60,612 bases of DNA from an uncultured bacterium. Lineage in GTDB: Bacteria > Chlamydiota > Chlamydiia > Chlamydiales > JAJFMA01. Under the pieces are notes generated by a model, which worked only from the letters and a program-made list of their open reading frames with translations, searched no databases and was not told the origin of the DNA. Numbering within the stretch: the first letter of the stretch is position 1; every line of letters begins with the position of its first letter. Of the stretch, positions 28,524-38,455 are shown piece by piece. Where the stretch lies: NCBI GenBank assembly GCA_964436955.1, contig CAYTFC010000006.1, positions 4,390 to 65,001 of the forward strand. The letters run 5' to 3'. The position numbers were made by a program, and so were the translations under genes.

Positions 28524-28721
28524 ACATTGTCTGCAGGGCAATCGCATTTTATGAAAAATTCTTATCACACTCACCATACCTTGATATTCAGCATTTCTCC
28601 ATAAAGTTTCGTCGACATAAGAACTTGGTTTGGTAGCAATCAGGGTCTTAGGCTACGGCAACGATTGTCATTTTCTGCTTACCCCTACTCAAGTTTATCT
28701 GTTCTAACATCATTGGAGGGG

Positions 28722-28784
28722 TTGATCGATAGATGCTTGCTGTTAGTAGAAGACCTGAGTGTATAAGAGGTCGTGAGCACGTAC
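28722..28784 (+). repeat. 63-bp direct repeat, copy 2
   Basis: ttgatcgatagatgcttgctgttagtagaag...tcgtgagcacgtac. Confidence 0.9.
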
Positions 28785-28922
28785 GGGATGTAACTTTACC
28801 TTGTCCACTCAGTCCATTTCGTTCACCCAGTCCATTCTAATTACGTTTTGTTGGACCATCTTTCTTTTTATCGGAGAGCAGGGTATTCTATGGGGCAAAA
28901 TACTTAGAATTCAGGAATTTTC

Positions 28923-30119
28923 ATGACAGAACATCGCGCCTCTATTTTTAACGGGACACTACTCGTAGCTGGCACCACAATCGGTGCAGGTATGCTCGGT
29001 CTACCCGTTGCGACTGCTCAAGCAGGCTTTCTTCCTTCGATTCTCATCTACATTGTTTGCTGGGCTTTTATGGCTTGCACGGGTCTACTTCTTCTCGAAA
29101 CCTGTCTATGGTGGAAAGAGGACAAAAATATCGTTTCCATTGCGGGCCATACCCTGGGTACTCCGGGGCGCGCCTTCGCATGGGTCTGGTACCTTTTCCT
29201 CTTTTATTGCCTTACATTGGCCTACGTTGTTGGAGGCGGTAACTTTGTGAGGGATGCTTTTTGCGACTGCCTGACTTCTCGCCAATCTACCTTAATATTC
29301 GTAGCGATATTTGGAACCATGGTCTACATCGGACCGGCGATTGTTGCCCGTCTTAATATCCTGTTGATGTTTGGCCTACTCGCTGCCTATTTTGCGTTTG
29401 TTGTATTAGGAGCTGGGAATGTCGACACAACTTTACTCGCTCGCACTGATTGGTCCGCTCTAGCGAGCTCCCTGCCTATAGTGTTTGTCGCGTTTGCTTA
29501 TCAGGGATTGGTCCCAACTCTGACACGCCATATGGGATATGATCTCAAAAGGACCAGAGCCGCCATTTTGATCGGTAGTTTTATTCCTTTGGTGGGATAT
29601 GTCATTTGGCAAGGATTGATCTTGGGCATCGTACCCCTAGAAGGCGCCGGTGGTTTGCTAGCGGCTAAAGCCGCTGGACAAAGCGCTGTGCCACCTCTAA
29701 AACAATTCATTCAGAATCCTTTTGTCTACTATTTGGGACAGTTTTTTGCCTTTTTTGCCTTGGCAACTTCGTTTTTGGGAGTCACCCTTGGCTTGGTAGA
29801 CTTTATTGCCGATGGTCTCAACATTAAGAAGACGGCTATAGGAAAACTGGGTTTATGTTTGATAGTGTTTATCCCACCACTCATACTGGCGGAAATCTAC
29901 CCCACCGTCTTCCTATCTGCCCTAGATCTCGCTGGGGGCCTTGGCGTTGCACTCCTACTAGGCCTATTGCCTATTGTTATGGTTGCCGTGGGGCGCTATT
30001 ATTTACGCATCCCAGGTCCTCAGCTTTTGCCGGGAGGGGTTTGGACCCTCTTGCTACTGGTGGTGTTCGTGATTATCGAATTGATTATTGAGGTCGTCCA
30101 CCTGGTAGCAAGAGTATAG
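28923..30119 (+). CDS. tyrP: Aromatic amino acid (tyrosine) permease
   Basis: LLVAGTTIGAGMLGLP, ATSFLGVTLGL; multi-pass membrane; follows glmS as in Chlamydia. Confidence 0.92.
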   Translation: MTEHRASIFNGTLLVAGTTIGAGMLGLPVATAQAGFLPSILIYIVCWAFMACTGLLLLETCLWWKEDKNIVSIAGHTLGTPGRAFAWVWYLFLFYCLTLAYVVGGGNFVRDAFCDCLTSRQSTLIFVAIFGTMVYIGPAIVARLNILLMFGLLAAYFAFVVLGAGNVDTTLLARTDWSALASSLPIVFVAFAYQGLVPTLTRHMGYDLKRTRAAILIGSFIPLVGYVIWQGLILGIVPLEGAGGLLAAKAAGQSAVPPLKQFIQNPFVYYLGQFFAFFALATSFLGVTLGLVDFIADGLNIKKTAIGKLGLCLIVFIPPLILAEIYPTVFLSALDLAGGLGVALLLGLLPIVMVAVGRYYLRIPGPQLLPGGVWTLLLLVVFVIIELIIEVVHLVARV

Positions 30120-30128
30120 AAGTATCAA

Positions 30129-30551
30129 CTAATCATTAGTTTCCCAAGGCACTGGAGGATGATCCGGTGTCTCTGTTGGAAAGTAATGCTGTCTATGGTT
30201 TGGAGAAAGCATCAGTAATCCCTTACCTGGCAATCTCCAATAACTGTATCCAGGTGTAGATAGACGCCCTGGGCTACGCAATTGACCGAAGCTATAGGGG
30301 TTATTTCCATATCTTATGGCGCTGCCATACATATAGTTATGGCCAAGGCCTGGCCAACCCGCGCTTCCCCACCCTCCCCAGCCAGGAATCCCGACAGTAA
30401 CAAAACGGGTCGCGGCGAGAAATGAGGTTTGATCTTGGTGGGAACTGGCAATTTGGGTGTCTTTTCCGGAATTTTGACGCATTGGCTCCAACGTCCAGCA
30501 TAGTAGGAGCGTAACCACTACAGATGTGAATATTAATAAATATAGTTTCAT
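30129..30551 (-). CDS. Hypothetical Gly/Trp/Tyr-rich protein with N-terminal hydrophobic anchor
   Basis: MKLYLLIFTSVVVTLLLCW; GIPGWGGWGSAGWPG low-complexity segment. Confidence 0.65.
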   Translation of the reverse strand: MKLYLLIFTSVVVTLLLCWTLEPMRQNSGKDTQIASSHQDQTSFLAATRFVTVGIPGWGGWGSAGWPGLGHNYMYGSAIRYGNNPYSFGQLRSPGRLSTPGYSYWRLPGKGLLMLSPNHRQHYFPTETPDHPPVPWETND

Positions 30552-30673
30552 ATTAAAGTCTCGAGTTATGTTTACTTATTTCGGGACAGTTTCCAATTAT
30601 CATTATAAAATTTACAAATTATGATGTAAATACTTTATTTAAAAATAATAAAAGCAATATATTTATTAGTAAT

Positions 30674-30715
30674 AAAAAAAATGACAATTTTGTTGTATTA
30701 AGCAACAAAATTGTC
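30674..30715 (-). terminator. Putative Rho-independent terminator
   Basis: gacaattttgttg/caacaaaattgtc 13-bp stem with adjacent A8 (U-tract on minus strand). Confidence 0.65.
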
Positions 30716-30742
30716 GGTCCTGGTCGATCGTGGTAAATTTAT

Positions 30743-31102
30743 TTATCTGCGATAATAAAAATGAGATCCTCTATTTGGGTAAGTGTAGTAGTAGCTATTG
30801 TAAGGGAAGTAGTAATTGTCAATTGGTTCGTAAGAGTATGGATAACCAGTGGAGTATTTAAACGAATAGCTTCTGTTATATGGGTTCTGTACGTAATAAG
30901 ATCGGTAGGGAGTGTAATTAGAATAGTAATAGGACCGTGAATATTGTTTTTGAGGATAATTATTGTGTCTGAATTGATGATGCCCAGGGCCAAAACCTAC
31001 TGAAAATTGGAGATTGGCTACTAATGAATCAGCCTGTAGAATAGAGGAGCCTCCCAAGAACGTCATACTAATGATAGGTAATAGAATCCATTTTGTGTAC
31101 AT
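30743..31102 (-). CDS. Hypothetical secreted Tyr-rich protein
   Basis: Signal peptide MYTKWILLPIISMTFLGGSSILQA; mature part very Tyr-rich; GGGA RBS. Confidence 0.7.
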   Translation of the reverse strand: MYTKWILLPIISMTFLGGSSILQADSLVANLQFSVGFGPGHHQFRHNNYPQKQYSRSYYYSNYTPYRSYYVQNPYNRSYSFKYSTGYPYSYEPIDNYYFPYNSYYYTYPNRGSHFYYRR

Positions 31103-31304
31103 AATAGATCCCTTTGTTATGCGAATTAAATGTTATGTACTTATCCATTTATATAATACATCTAAATAATAGAATTGTCAAATCGCTGATTTTGAATAAG
31201 ATAAGAATAAACAGAAGCGTCATTGCTTTGGGCTGTTCTTCCTCTAACGTCTTTAAATGCAGGATTTTTGGCCATTTGCAAGACGCAGATGCGATTGAGT
31301 CTCT

Positions 31305-32237
31305 TTATTTATCGAAGAGGGCGTCAATATAGGAACGAGCATCGAAGGGCATTAAATCGTCTGCCCCTTCGCCAACGCCGATGAATTTAACAGGAATGCC
31401 CAGTTTTCGCTGAATTGCGACGACGATTCCGCCTCGGGCAGAACCATCTAGTTTAGTCAGAATTAAACCCGTAACTGGGGTGAATTGGTTGAAGATTTTG
31501 GCCTGTTCAATGGCATTTTGGCCTGTGGTTGCATCAAGAACGAGTAGCGTTTCATGTGGGCTATTGGCGATGACTTTACTGCAAGACCGTCTAATTTTTT
31601 GGAGCTCTTGCATAAGAGGTGTTTTGGTATGAAGTCGCCCGGCTGTATCCAGTAGTACAATATCAATGGCGCGTGCCTTGGCGGCCGTAACGGTATCAAA
31701 GGCGACCGCAGCGGGATCGGCCTTAGGTTGTCCTTTAACGATGTCGATATCAAGTCGATGAGCCCAAGTCTCTAATTGCTCGATTGCGGCAGCGCGAAAA
31801 GTATCTGCAGCTCCTACCAGTACTTTTTTCCCAATACCAGAAAAGCGCTTAGCTAGTTTTGCAACTGAAGTTGTCTTACCATTTCCATTCACACCCACAA
31901 TCAGGATAACAGTGGGTTCGCCTGGAAGATCGTTTTCATTGATGCCTGATCCGCTTTGGTTGAGGATGGAAAAAATCTCATCCTTAAGAATTTGGATAAA
32001 GGCGTCGCCATTAAGGGAAGGCTCTTTTGCATGAACTTCTCGGATTTTTTTGGTGAGTTCTGTGGCAGTCTCTACTCCCAAATCTGCTTCATAAAGCAAT
32101 TGCTCGAGTCGATCCAAGGTGGCTTCGTCCAGCCGCCCCCCGAATAGCGCGTGCAAACGACTGCTTAAAGCAGCGCTAGTTTTAGCTAGCGCTTGTTTCA
32201 CTTTATTGTACCCAGATTTCAGAAAATTCAGTACCAT
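31305..32237 (-). CDS. ftsY: Signal recognition particle receptor FtsY
   Basis: GVNGNGKTT, DTFRAAA, DTAGR, TKLDGSARGG, GVGE; start set at ATG 32237. Confidence 0.96.
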   Translation of the reverse strand: MVLNFLKSGYNKVKQALAKTSAALSSRLHALFGGRLDEATLDRLEQLLYEADLGVETATELTKKIREVHAKEPSLNGDAFIQILKDEIFSILNQSGSGINENDLPGEPTVILIVGVNGNGKTTSVAKLAKRFSGIGKKVLVGAADTFRAAAIEQLETWAHRLDIDIVKGQPKADPAAVAFDTVTAAKARAIDIVLLDTAGRLHTKTPLMQELQKIRRSCSKVIANSPHETLLVLDATTGQNAIEQAKIFNQFTPVTGLILTKLDGSARGGIVVAIQRKLGIPVKFIGVGEGADDLMPFDARSYIDALFDK

Positions 32238-32336
32238 CCGGCTGAAGCCCTTCCTTGCGTTGTTTCCTGTGAAATCTAGCAGAGTTACAATTATATCGAA
32301 ACAGCAAAGGGGAGCGAACCATGGGAAGTATGCCTC

Positions 32337-33494
32337 ATGAATACACACGAATATCAGGCCAAGGAAATCCTTAAAAAATATGATGTGCCCGTTCCGGAAG
32401 GGGCGGTTGTGTCGACATTAGAGGAAGCACGCCAGGCTGTTGTGCGTTTAAATCTACACGAAGCCTTGGTTAAGGTGCAGGTTCATACTGGGGGCAGAGG
32501 AAAGGCTGGCGGCGTAAAATTTGCCAAAAGTCGAGAAGAGACTCTGCAGTTGGTCGAAAAGATGCTTGGCATGCATGTCGTCACTAATCAGACGGGCAAA
32601 GAGGGTGTGATTGCGCATAAGCTTCTTCTGTATGCACCGGAGCAAATTGCTAAGGAATACTATGTTGGAGCAGTGATAGATCGTCAGAAGGGGCGTGCAG
32701 TAATTATCGCCTCGCCAGAAGGCGGTATGGATATTGAGGAGATTGCGGCAACGCATCCTGACAAGATTTTGACTCTTCCCATTCGGTTTGATGGACAGCT
32801 TCGTACGTATCATAAAGTGGCTTTAGCAAAATTCATGGGATGGAAAGGAGACCTTGCTAAGCAAGGAATCGCCATCACCAGTGCTGTGGCGAGGGCTTTT
32901 ATCGACACAGACGCCTCTTTGCTTGAAATCAATCCACTTGTAGAAACACCTGAAGGCAAGTTAGTCGCGGTCGATGCCAAGCTGAGCATTGATGAAAATG
33001 CTCTGTTTCGTCAGCCGGAACTTGCGAAGCTTTTTGATGCCACTCAAGTCCCTGCCGCGGAAGTGCGAGCTAAAGCATTTGACCTCGCTTATGTTGCCTT
33101 GGATGGTAATATTGGCTGTATGGTCAATGGCGCTGGCCTTGCCATGGCAACCATGGACATTATTCATCATTACGGTGGCAAACCCGCCAACTTTCTTGAT
33201 GTCGGCGGTAGTGCTACCGAAGAAAAAGTTGCAGAGGGTTTTAAAATCATCCTGTCCGATCCGCATGTGAAAGCCATACTCGTCAATATCTTTGGCGGTA
33301 TTATGAACTGTGTCACATTGGCGGGAGGTATTGTAATGGCAGCAGGACAACTCAAGCTGGCGGTTCCTCTCATTGTGCGTATGGAAGGCACTAATGTGCA
33401 TAACGGTAAGAAGATGTTGGCCGATTCAGGACTCAATATCATCATCGCCGATAGCCTTGAAGAAGCTGCCAAGAAAGCTGTCGCAGCGGCATAG
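32337..33494 (+). CDS. sucC: Succinyl-CoA synthetase beta subunit
   Basis: [36 protein letters not shown]. Confidence 0.97.
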   Translation: MNTHEYQAKEILKKYDVPVPEGAVVSTLEEARQAVVRLNLHEALVKVQVHTGGRGKAGGVKFAKSREETLQLVEKMLGMHVVTNQTGKEGVIAHKLLLYAPEQIAKEYYVGAVIDRQKGRAVIIASPEGGMDIEEIAATHPDKILTLPIRFDGQLRTYHKVALAKFMGWKGDLAKQGIAITSAVARAFIDTDASLLEINPLVETPEGKLVAVDAKLSIDENALFRQPELAKLFDATQVPAAEVRAKAFDLAYVALDGNIGCMVNGAGLAMATMDIIHHYGGKPANFLDVGGSATEEKVAEGFKIILSDPHVKAILVNIFGGIMNCVTLAGGIVMAAGQLKLAVPLIVRMEGTNVHNGKKMLADSGLNIIIADSLEEAAKKAVAAA

Positions 33495-33516
33495 ACATAG
33501 AAGAGGAAGTGCACTT

Positions 33517-34410
33517 ATGGCAATTTTGGTAGACGAAACCACCCGCGTGATTACACAAGGGATCACGGGTAAAGCTGGGCGCTTTCATACAGAGCAGTGT
33601 TTGCAGTATGGAACGCAAATGGTAGGGGGGGTGACTCCCGGACGCGGTGGGGAGGAGGTTTTTGGATTACCCGTATTTGATACCGTTTTGGAAGCCAAGC
33701 ACACCACCAATTGCAATGCCAGTCTTATTTTTGTTCCGGCACCAGTGGCTGCTGAAGCTATTTTAGAGGCTGAAGAAGCTGCAATTCCGCTGATCATCTG
33801 CATTACAGAAGGCATCCCGGTGCGCGACATGCTGGAAGTGAGTCAAGTGATGCGGCGCAGCAAAACCAGTCGGCTTATCGGCCCCAACTGCCCGGGAATC
33901 ATCACACCTCCGCGATGCAAAATTGGCATTATGCCAGGATATATTCATAAGGTCGGAAAAGTGGGTATTGTCTCACGTTCGGGAACATTGACTTACGAGG
34001 CAGTCTGGCAGACGACTCAGCTAGGACTAGGTCAATCCACTTGTGTTGGCATTGGAGGGGACCCTCTTAATGGCACTGACTTTGTCGATATTTTAGAGTT
34101 GTTTGAAAAGGATTCTGAAACCGACGCCATCTTAATGATAGGCGAAATCGGTGGAGACGCTGAAGAGCGCGCAGCCGCCTGGATCAAGGAGCATTGCACA
34201 AAGCCTGTAGCAGCATTTATTGCTGGATTAACAGCTCCACCAGGACGTCGTATGGGGCACGCCGGAGCGATCGTTTCGGGCGGACAGGGCACAGCCATAG
34301 GCAAGATAGAAGCCTTGCGTGCCGCGAATGTAATCGTAGCGGAAACGCCTGCAACCATGGGTGCAGCCATCAAAAAAGCCCTTCAGACCCCGGTTAAGAG
34401 AAAGATATGA
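33517..34410 (+). CDS. sucD: Succinyl-CoA synthetase alpha subunit
   Basis: [26 protein letters not shown]; start ATG 33517 after GAGG. Confidence 0.97.
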   Translation: MAILVDETTRVITQGITGKAGRFHTEQCLQYGTQMVGGVTPGRGGEEVFGLPVFDTVLEAKHTTNCNASLIFVPAPVAAEAILEAEEAAIPLIICITEGIPVRDMLEVSQVMRRSKTSRLIGPNCPGIITPPRCKIGIMPGYIHKVGKVGIVSRSGTLTYEAVWQTTQLGLGQSTCVGIGGDPLNGTDFVDILELFEKDSETDAILMIGEIGGDAEERAAAWIKEHCTKPVAAFIAGLTAPPGRRMGHAGAIVSGGQGTAIGKIEALRAANVIVAETPATMGAAIKKALQTPVKRKI

Positions 34411-35546
34411 TTGCTGTAGGACGTATCCCCATTCGCATTAATCCCTTATTTTGGGTGACATCCGGAGCAATTGGATTGCTGGCCTCTGGTGGTGAGTGGT
34501 CAGTTGCTTTTATTTGGTTGGCGGTCATTTTCGTTTCTATTCTTTTTCATGAATTTGGTCATGCGCTAACCGCACTTGCCTATGGACAACGCGTGTCGAT
34601 AGAACTCATGGCACTTGGTGGACTGACATTTCGTCAAGGACCAGCGCTCTCACCATTTCGTGAATTCATGGTGGTGTTAAATGGGCCTCTAGCTGGGTTT
34701 CTGCTAGCTGGCATCACAGTGATTCTGCAGTACATGTTTGAGCATACACATTTCTTGGTGGATAGGGCTTTAGATGCTAGCTTCGCGGTAAATCTCGGTT
34801 GGACCTGCTTAAATTTGCTTCCCATTCAGCCTCTGGATGGCGGAAAATTACTGATTATAGTGATGGAAGCTATGTTTGGCTTGCGCGGGGTCAAAATAGC
34901 TCTGTTTGCCGGACTCGTTCTATCCACTTTTTTGGGACTGTTTCTTTTCACTGTTGGAAACATGTTGGGAGGAGCTATCCTCTTCATGTTTGCCTTTGAA
35001 GGTTATCGTACATGGAAAGGTTCTCTCGTGATGACTGACAAGGATCGCGATCAGCAGCTTTTGGAACTGCTTAAGTCTGCAGAGGATCTTTATCACATGG
35101 GTAAAATTGATCAATCGGAAAAAGTGCTTCAGCAGATACGTGCTGAGGTTAAAACCGGATTTCTATTTTTAGCGAGCACGCAATTGTTAGCTCAAATCGC
35201 TACAAAACGCGGAGAATACCCTCAAGCCTATCAGTTGTTGCGCAGCATTGAGGATCATTTGGAGGATAATGACCTTGTGTTGCTCCATCAATTGGCCTAT
35301 CGCAATCAGCAATGGAAACATGTGTCTGCGCTGGGCGATAGGATTCACCAAAATGTTCCATCATACGAAACAGCAATTTTGAATGCCCTAGCGCATGCTG
35401 TTTTGGGAGAAGTCGAACCGGCTATTGGTTGGCTGCGCTGCGCTGTGGAAGAAGGGTTGCCCAATCCGAAACATGTCGCACAGCAGAAAGAATTCGATTC
35501 TCTTCGATCAAATCCCGACTTTCAACAATTTGTTTCAACTTTGTAA
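34407..35546 (+). CDS. Site-2 (M50) intramembrane metalloprotease with C-terminal TPR-like region
   Basis: HEFGH and [11 protein letters not shown]; helical repeats ending [10 protein letters not shown]. Confidence 0.9.
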   Translation: MIAVGRIPIRINPLFWVTSGAIGLLASGGEWSVAFIWLAVIFVSILFHEFGHALTALAYGQRVSIELMALGGLTFRQGPALSPFREFMVVLNGPLAGFLLAGITVILQYMFEHTHFLVDRALDASFAVNLGWTCLNLLPIQPLDGGKLLIIVMEAMFGLRGVKIALFAGLVLSTFLGLFLFTVGNMLGGAILFMFAFEGYRTWKGSLVMTDKDRDQQLLELLKSAEDLYHMGKIDQSEKVLQQIRAEVKTGFLFLASTQLLAQIATKRGEYPQAYQLLRSIEDHLEDNDLVLLHQLAYRNQQWKHVSALGDRIHQNVPSYETAILNALAHAVLGEVEPAIGWLRCAVEEGLPNPKHVAQQKEFDSLRSNPDFQQFVSTL

Positions 35547-35571
35547 ACTATACCACGCGTGCTATAGAGCC

Positions 35572-37005
35572 TCATCGAGATTCGTTTATTTTGTAGAGCT
35601 CGGCATACGAGACGGGATTCTCGGCTAAGCGTGTGTTCCAATCTTTGCTGCCGTTGCTATCTAAGTGAGTTATCATTTTGCAGTCGTTCACATCGGCACG
35701 CACTGTTTCTGAGGGAAATTGAAGGTTGTTAGGTTCCTCTACATTATAGAGTAAGCAGTGGTTACAGGTGGCATCACGAAAGGATGAGTGGATAATAACG
35801 CTGCTGTGAGTATTCAATTGTTCTGCATTAACATCAACAATTACGCTATTGTGTAGATGTGGCTGGTTTATGTGGGAACCGATGACGATAGAGTTGGTTT
35901 CATCGAGTTCGGCTCCAAAGAAGGTTCGGATTGCCATCCCTTCAGGTGTATCAAGAGTCATTTTCATGCAACTATCGTAGTAGCTACGTATGGTGCCAAA
36001 GTCCCACCAATAGAGTTCCTGCCCCACATCTAGAGCTGTTAGGATAGGTTGTTCGATATCTAATGCCTGCATGCGGTTATGGTGTCTTTCGGCCGACATT
36101 CGATCCACACCTTTCGCTTCCATGACATGGACATACGTTTCTTTGTCTAGAGTAAGTGCCATCCACCAATGAGGGTCACTATCCAGTTTCCCTTTTTTGC
36201 TGGTTAGTTCGGAAGAAAACTCGTCTAGGAAAGTTTTCAAGAGATCATAGGAGATGCTAAAGCTTCCCAAGCTAGTACCAAAATGATCTTCGTTGGACAA
36301 TATTCCATCGTCAACTAGTTTCAGAAGTGTATCATAGTCTAGTTTTTCGAGCTGTTTGGCTGAACCATCCTTGGCGATGGCAACGAGTCCGTAGCGGCTT
36401 AATCCCTTAGCTATCCATTGTTCTCTGGTAGGCATAGGGGCTACACTGGCGAGAATACTAGCTGGTGAAAAGCTATCCTTTGGCGTGAGGGATGGGACGA
36501 AGATTTGGTCTCCCCAGAATACGGATAGTCTTCCACCTCGTGTCGGTGCGAATATGGCTGTTTGCTGTATTACGGCTTCTAGTATGGTTACAAGTTCACT
36601 GGAATTACGATGTTGGCATGGAAGCTTTACTGCAGACTTGTTGTTTGATTCGCTACCGGGTAGTGGGGCAAGGCGGGTTCCTTGTCCGGCAGTGTGATAC
36701 ATGGCAACTGCGGCGCCGGCTTTTTGCTGCTCTAGTAGATTGATGCCGTAGCGCTTCTTCGCGTCGACGCAAGCTTTTTGATAGGCATACAGGGTTCCAA
36801 GGGCATTTCCAGCTCCACCTGGCCAATCCTCTTCCACAACAATGACCTTGCTGTTGGAAAAGGATAGACGCCCCTGCCAATAGCGTTGTTGCTGCTTGTT
36901 GTTGGTGACGACAATGAGGATATCCATACCAATGCCAGGATTGCTCGCAAGGCTGATTGCTTCCACGTGTTTTTGCAATAGCTGCTGGACATTGGTATGA
37001 AGCAT
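35572..37005 (-). CDS. Putative nucleotidyltransferase-fold protein
   Basis: HTAGQGTRLAPL and WGDQIF resemble sugar-phosphate nucleotidyltransferase motifs; WWDFGT; beta-helix-like tail. Confidence 0.6.
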   Translation of the reverse strand: MLHTNVQQLLQKHVEAISLASNPGIGMDILIVVTNNKQQQRYWQGRLSFSNSKVIVVEEDWPGGAGNALGTLYAYQKACVDAKKRYGINLLEQQKAGAAVAMYHTAGQGTRLAPLPGSESNNKSAVKLPCQHRNSSELVTILEAVIQQTAIFAPTRGGRLSVFWGDQIFVPSLTPKDSFSPASILASVAPMPTREQWIAKGLSRYGLVAIAKDGSAKQLEKLDYDTLLKLVDDGILSNEDHFGTSLGSFSISYDLLKTFLDEFSSELTSKKGKLDSDPHWWMALTLDKETYVHVMEAKGVDRMSAERHHNRMQALDIEQPILTALDVGQELYWWDFGTIRSYYDSCMKMTLDTPEGMAIRTFFGAELDETNSIVIGSHINQPHLHNSVIVDVNAEQLNTHSSVIIHSSFRDATCNHCLLYNVEEPNNLQFPSETVRADVNDCKMITHLDSNGSKDWNTRLAENPVSYAELYKINESR

Positions 37006-37013
37006 GGGTCTTC

Positions 37014-38441
37014 CTATTTAAGTGTCAGAACTAAGTAGCCGATATTTTCTCCCTGCCTAATTAGCAGAAGAACGCGTGAGCCTTTAGGGATATTATTCAC
37101 TGCCTTGTGGAATTGTTCAGCGGAATTGATCTTCTGTCGGTTGACTTCGAAGATAATTGAGTCCTTTTTTAGACCAGCCAAGGCAGCAATGCTGTTGGGG
37201 TCAATATCAGTAATTACCACTCCAGCTTGACCCTGCGGAAAGCCTAAGCGGCGCGCATTATTAGCGGTGAGGTCTTCAACCTTAATGCCGAGAATAGTTG
37301 TATCTTCTGCGGCTTTGGATTGCTTGTTATCAGCTTTGGACCCGACATTGACGGTGATGGTTAGAGGTTCTCCATCGCGCAAAACCTTCAATGTAACCGA
37401 TTGTCCTGGTTTTGTTAGCGATATGGTATTGCGTAAGCTTGCTACAGTATCCACGCGCCGTCCATTTCGTTCGATGATAATGTCGCCACGTCTAAGACCG
37501 GCTTTGGCTGCAGGAGAACCATCTTGCACTTCGGCAACCAGCGCTCCTTCAACCTTATCAAGCCCAAACACCATGGCCAGGTCATAGTCGACGGGTTGTA
37601 GAACGACGCCCAGAAAACCACGCGTGACAGTGCCAGTTTGTGTCAGCTCATCCAGGACGTACTTTATCATCTCGCTAGGGATAGCAAAGCCGATCCCCAT
37701 GTAGCCCCCGGTGCTACTGGCTATCGCAGTATTCATTCCAACCACCTCGCCATCGATGTTAAGCAAAGGCCCGCCTGAATTACCTCGGTTGATGGCAGCA
37801 TCGGTTTGGATGAAATCCTCCATGTCCGCGACATCGAGGTTAGCGCGGCCTTTAGCACTAATGACGCCCACAGTGAGAGTCTCTTGGAGGCCGAACGGAT
37901 TGCCAACGGCAATGGCCCATTGTCCCACTTCGATGTCTGCGGAACTACCCAGCTTCAGATAGGGAAGATTTTTAGCATCTACCTTCAACACAGCGATGTC
38001 AGTATTGGCGTCTTGTCCCAGCAGTTTTGCGCTGAATTCACGTCCATCATTTAACTTAATGAGAATTTCCTGTGAATCCCTCACCACGTGGCTATTAGTG
38101 AGAATGAGGCCATCCGGGGATACAATAAAGCCGGAGCCCTGAGCCATTCTTATAGGCATTTCGCGAGGAGCTATATTGCGCTTAGGAGTACCAAAGAAGA
38201 ATTCAAAAATGTCTGAACCAGATGGATCTATCTGTTGAGCACCCGAAGAACTTCCTAGGCTAGCTTTAGTGCGAATGCTAACGACAGCGGGGATGGCTTG
38301 TTGGGCTACCCCAGTAAAGTCAAATACCACTTGTTTGGTGGCTCCAAAGCTATGTGTGGGTTTTGCGCAGCAAAACAGGATAGCTGAGGTTATGAAGACG
38401 GTGAAGGTTGTTACTCGACTTGCAAGTTGTATGTTTTTCAT
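37014..38441 (-). CDS. htrA: HtrA/DegP serine protease with two PDZ domains
   Basis: GSGFIVS, LTNSHVV, DIAV, GNSGGPL; signal peptide. Confidence 0.95.
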   Translation of the reverse strand: MKNIQLASRVTTFTVFITSAILFCCAKPTHSFGATKQVVFDFTGVAQQAIPAVVSIRTKASLGSSSGAQQIDPSGSDIFEFFFGTPKRNIAPREMPIRMAQGSGFIVSPDGLILTNSHVVRDSQEILIKLNDGREFSAKLLGQDANTDIAVLKVDAKNLPYLKLGSSADIEVGQWAIAVGNPFGLQETLTVGVISAKGRANLDVADMEDFIQTDAAINRGNSGGPLLNIDGEVVGMNTAIASSTGGYMGIGFAIPSEMIKYVLDELTQTGTVTRGFLGVVLQPVDYDLAMVFGLDKVEGALVAEVQDGSPAAKAGLRRGDIIIERNGRRVDTVASLRNTISLTKPGQSVTLKVLRDGEPLTITVNVGSKADNKQSKAAEDTTILGIKVEDLTANNARRLGFPQGQAGVVITDIDPNSIAALAGLKKDSIIFEVNRQKINSAEQFHKAVNNIPKGSRVLLLIRQGENIGYLVLTLK

Positions 38442-38455
38442 ATTGATTGCTCCAT

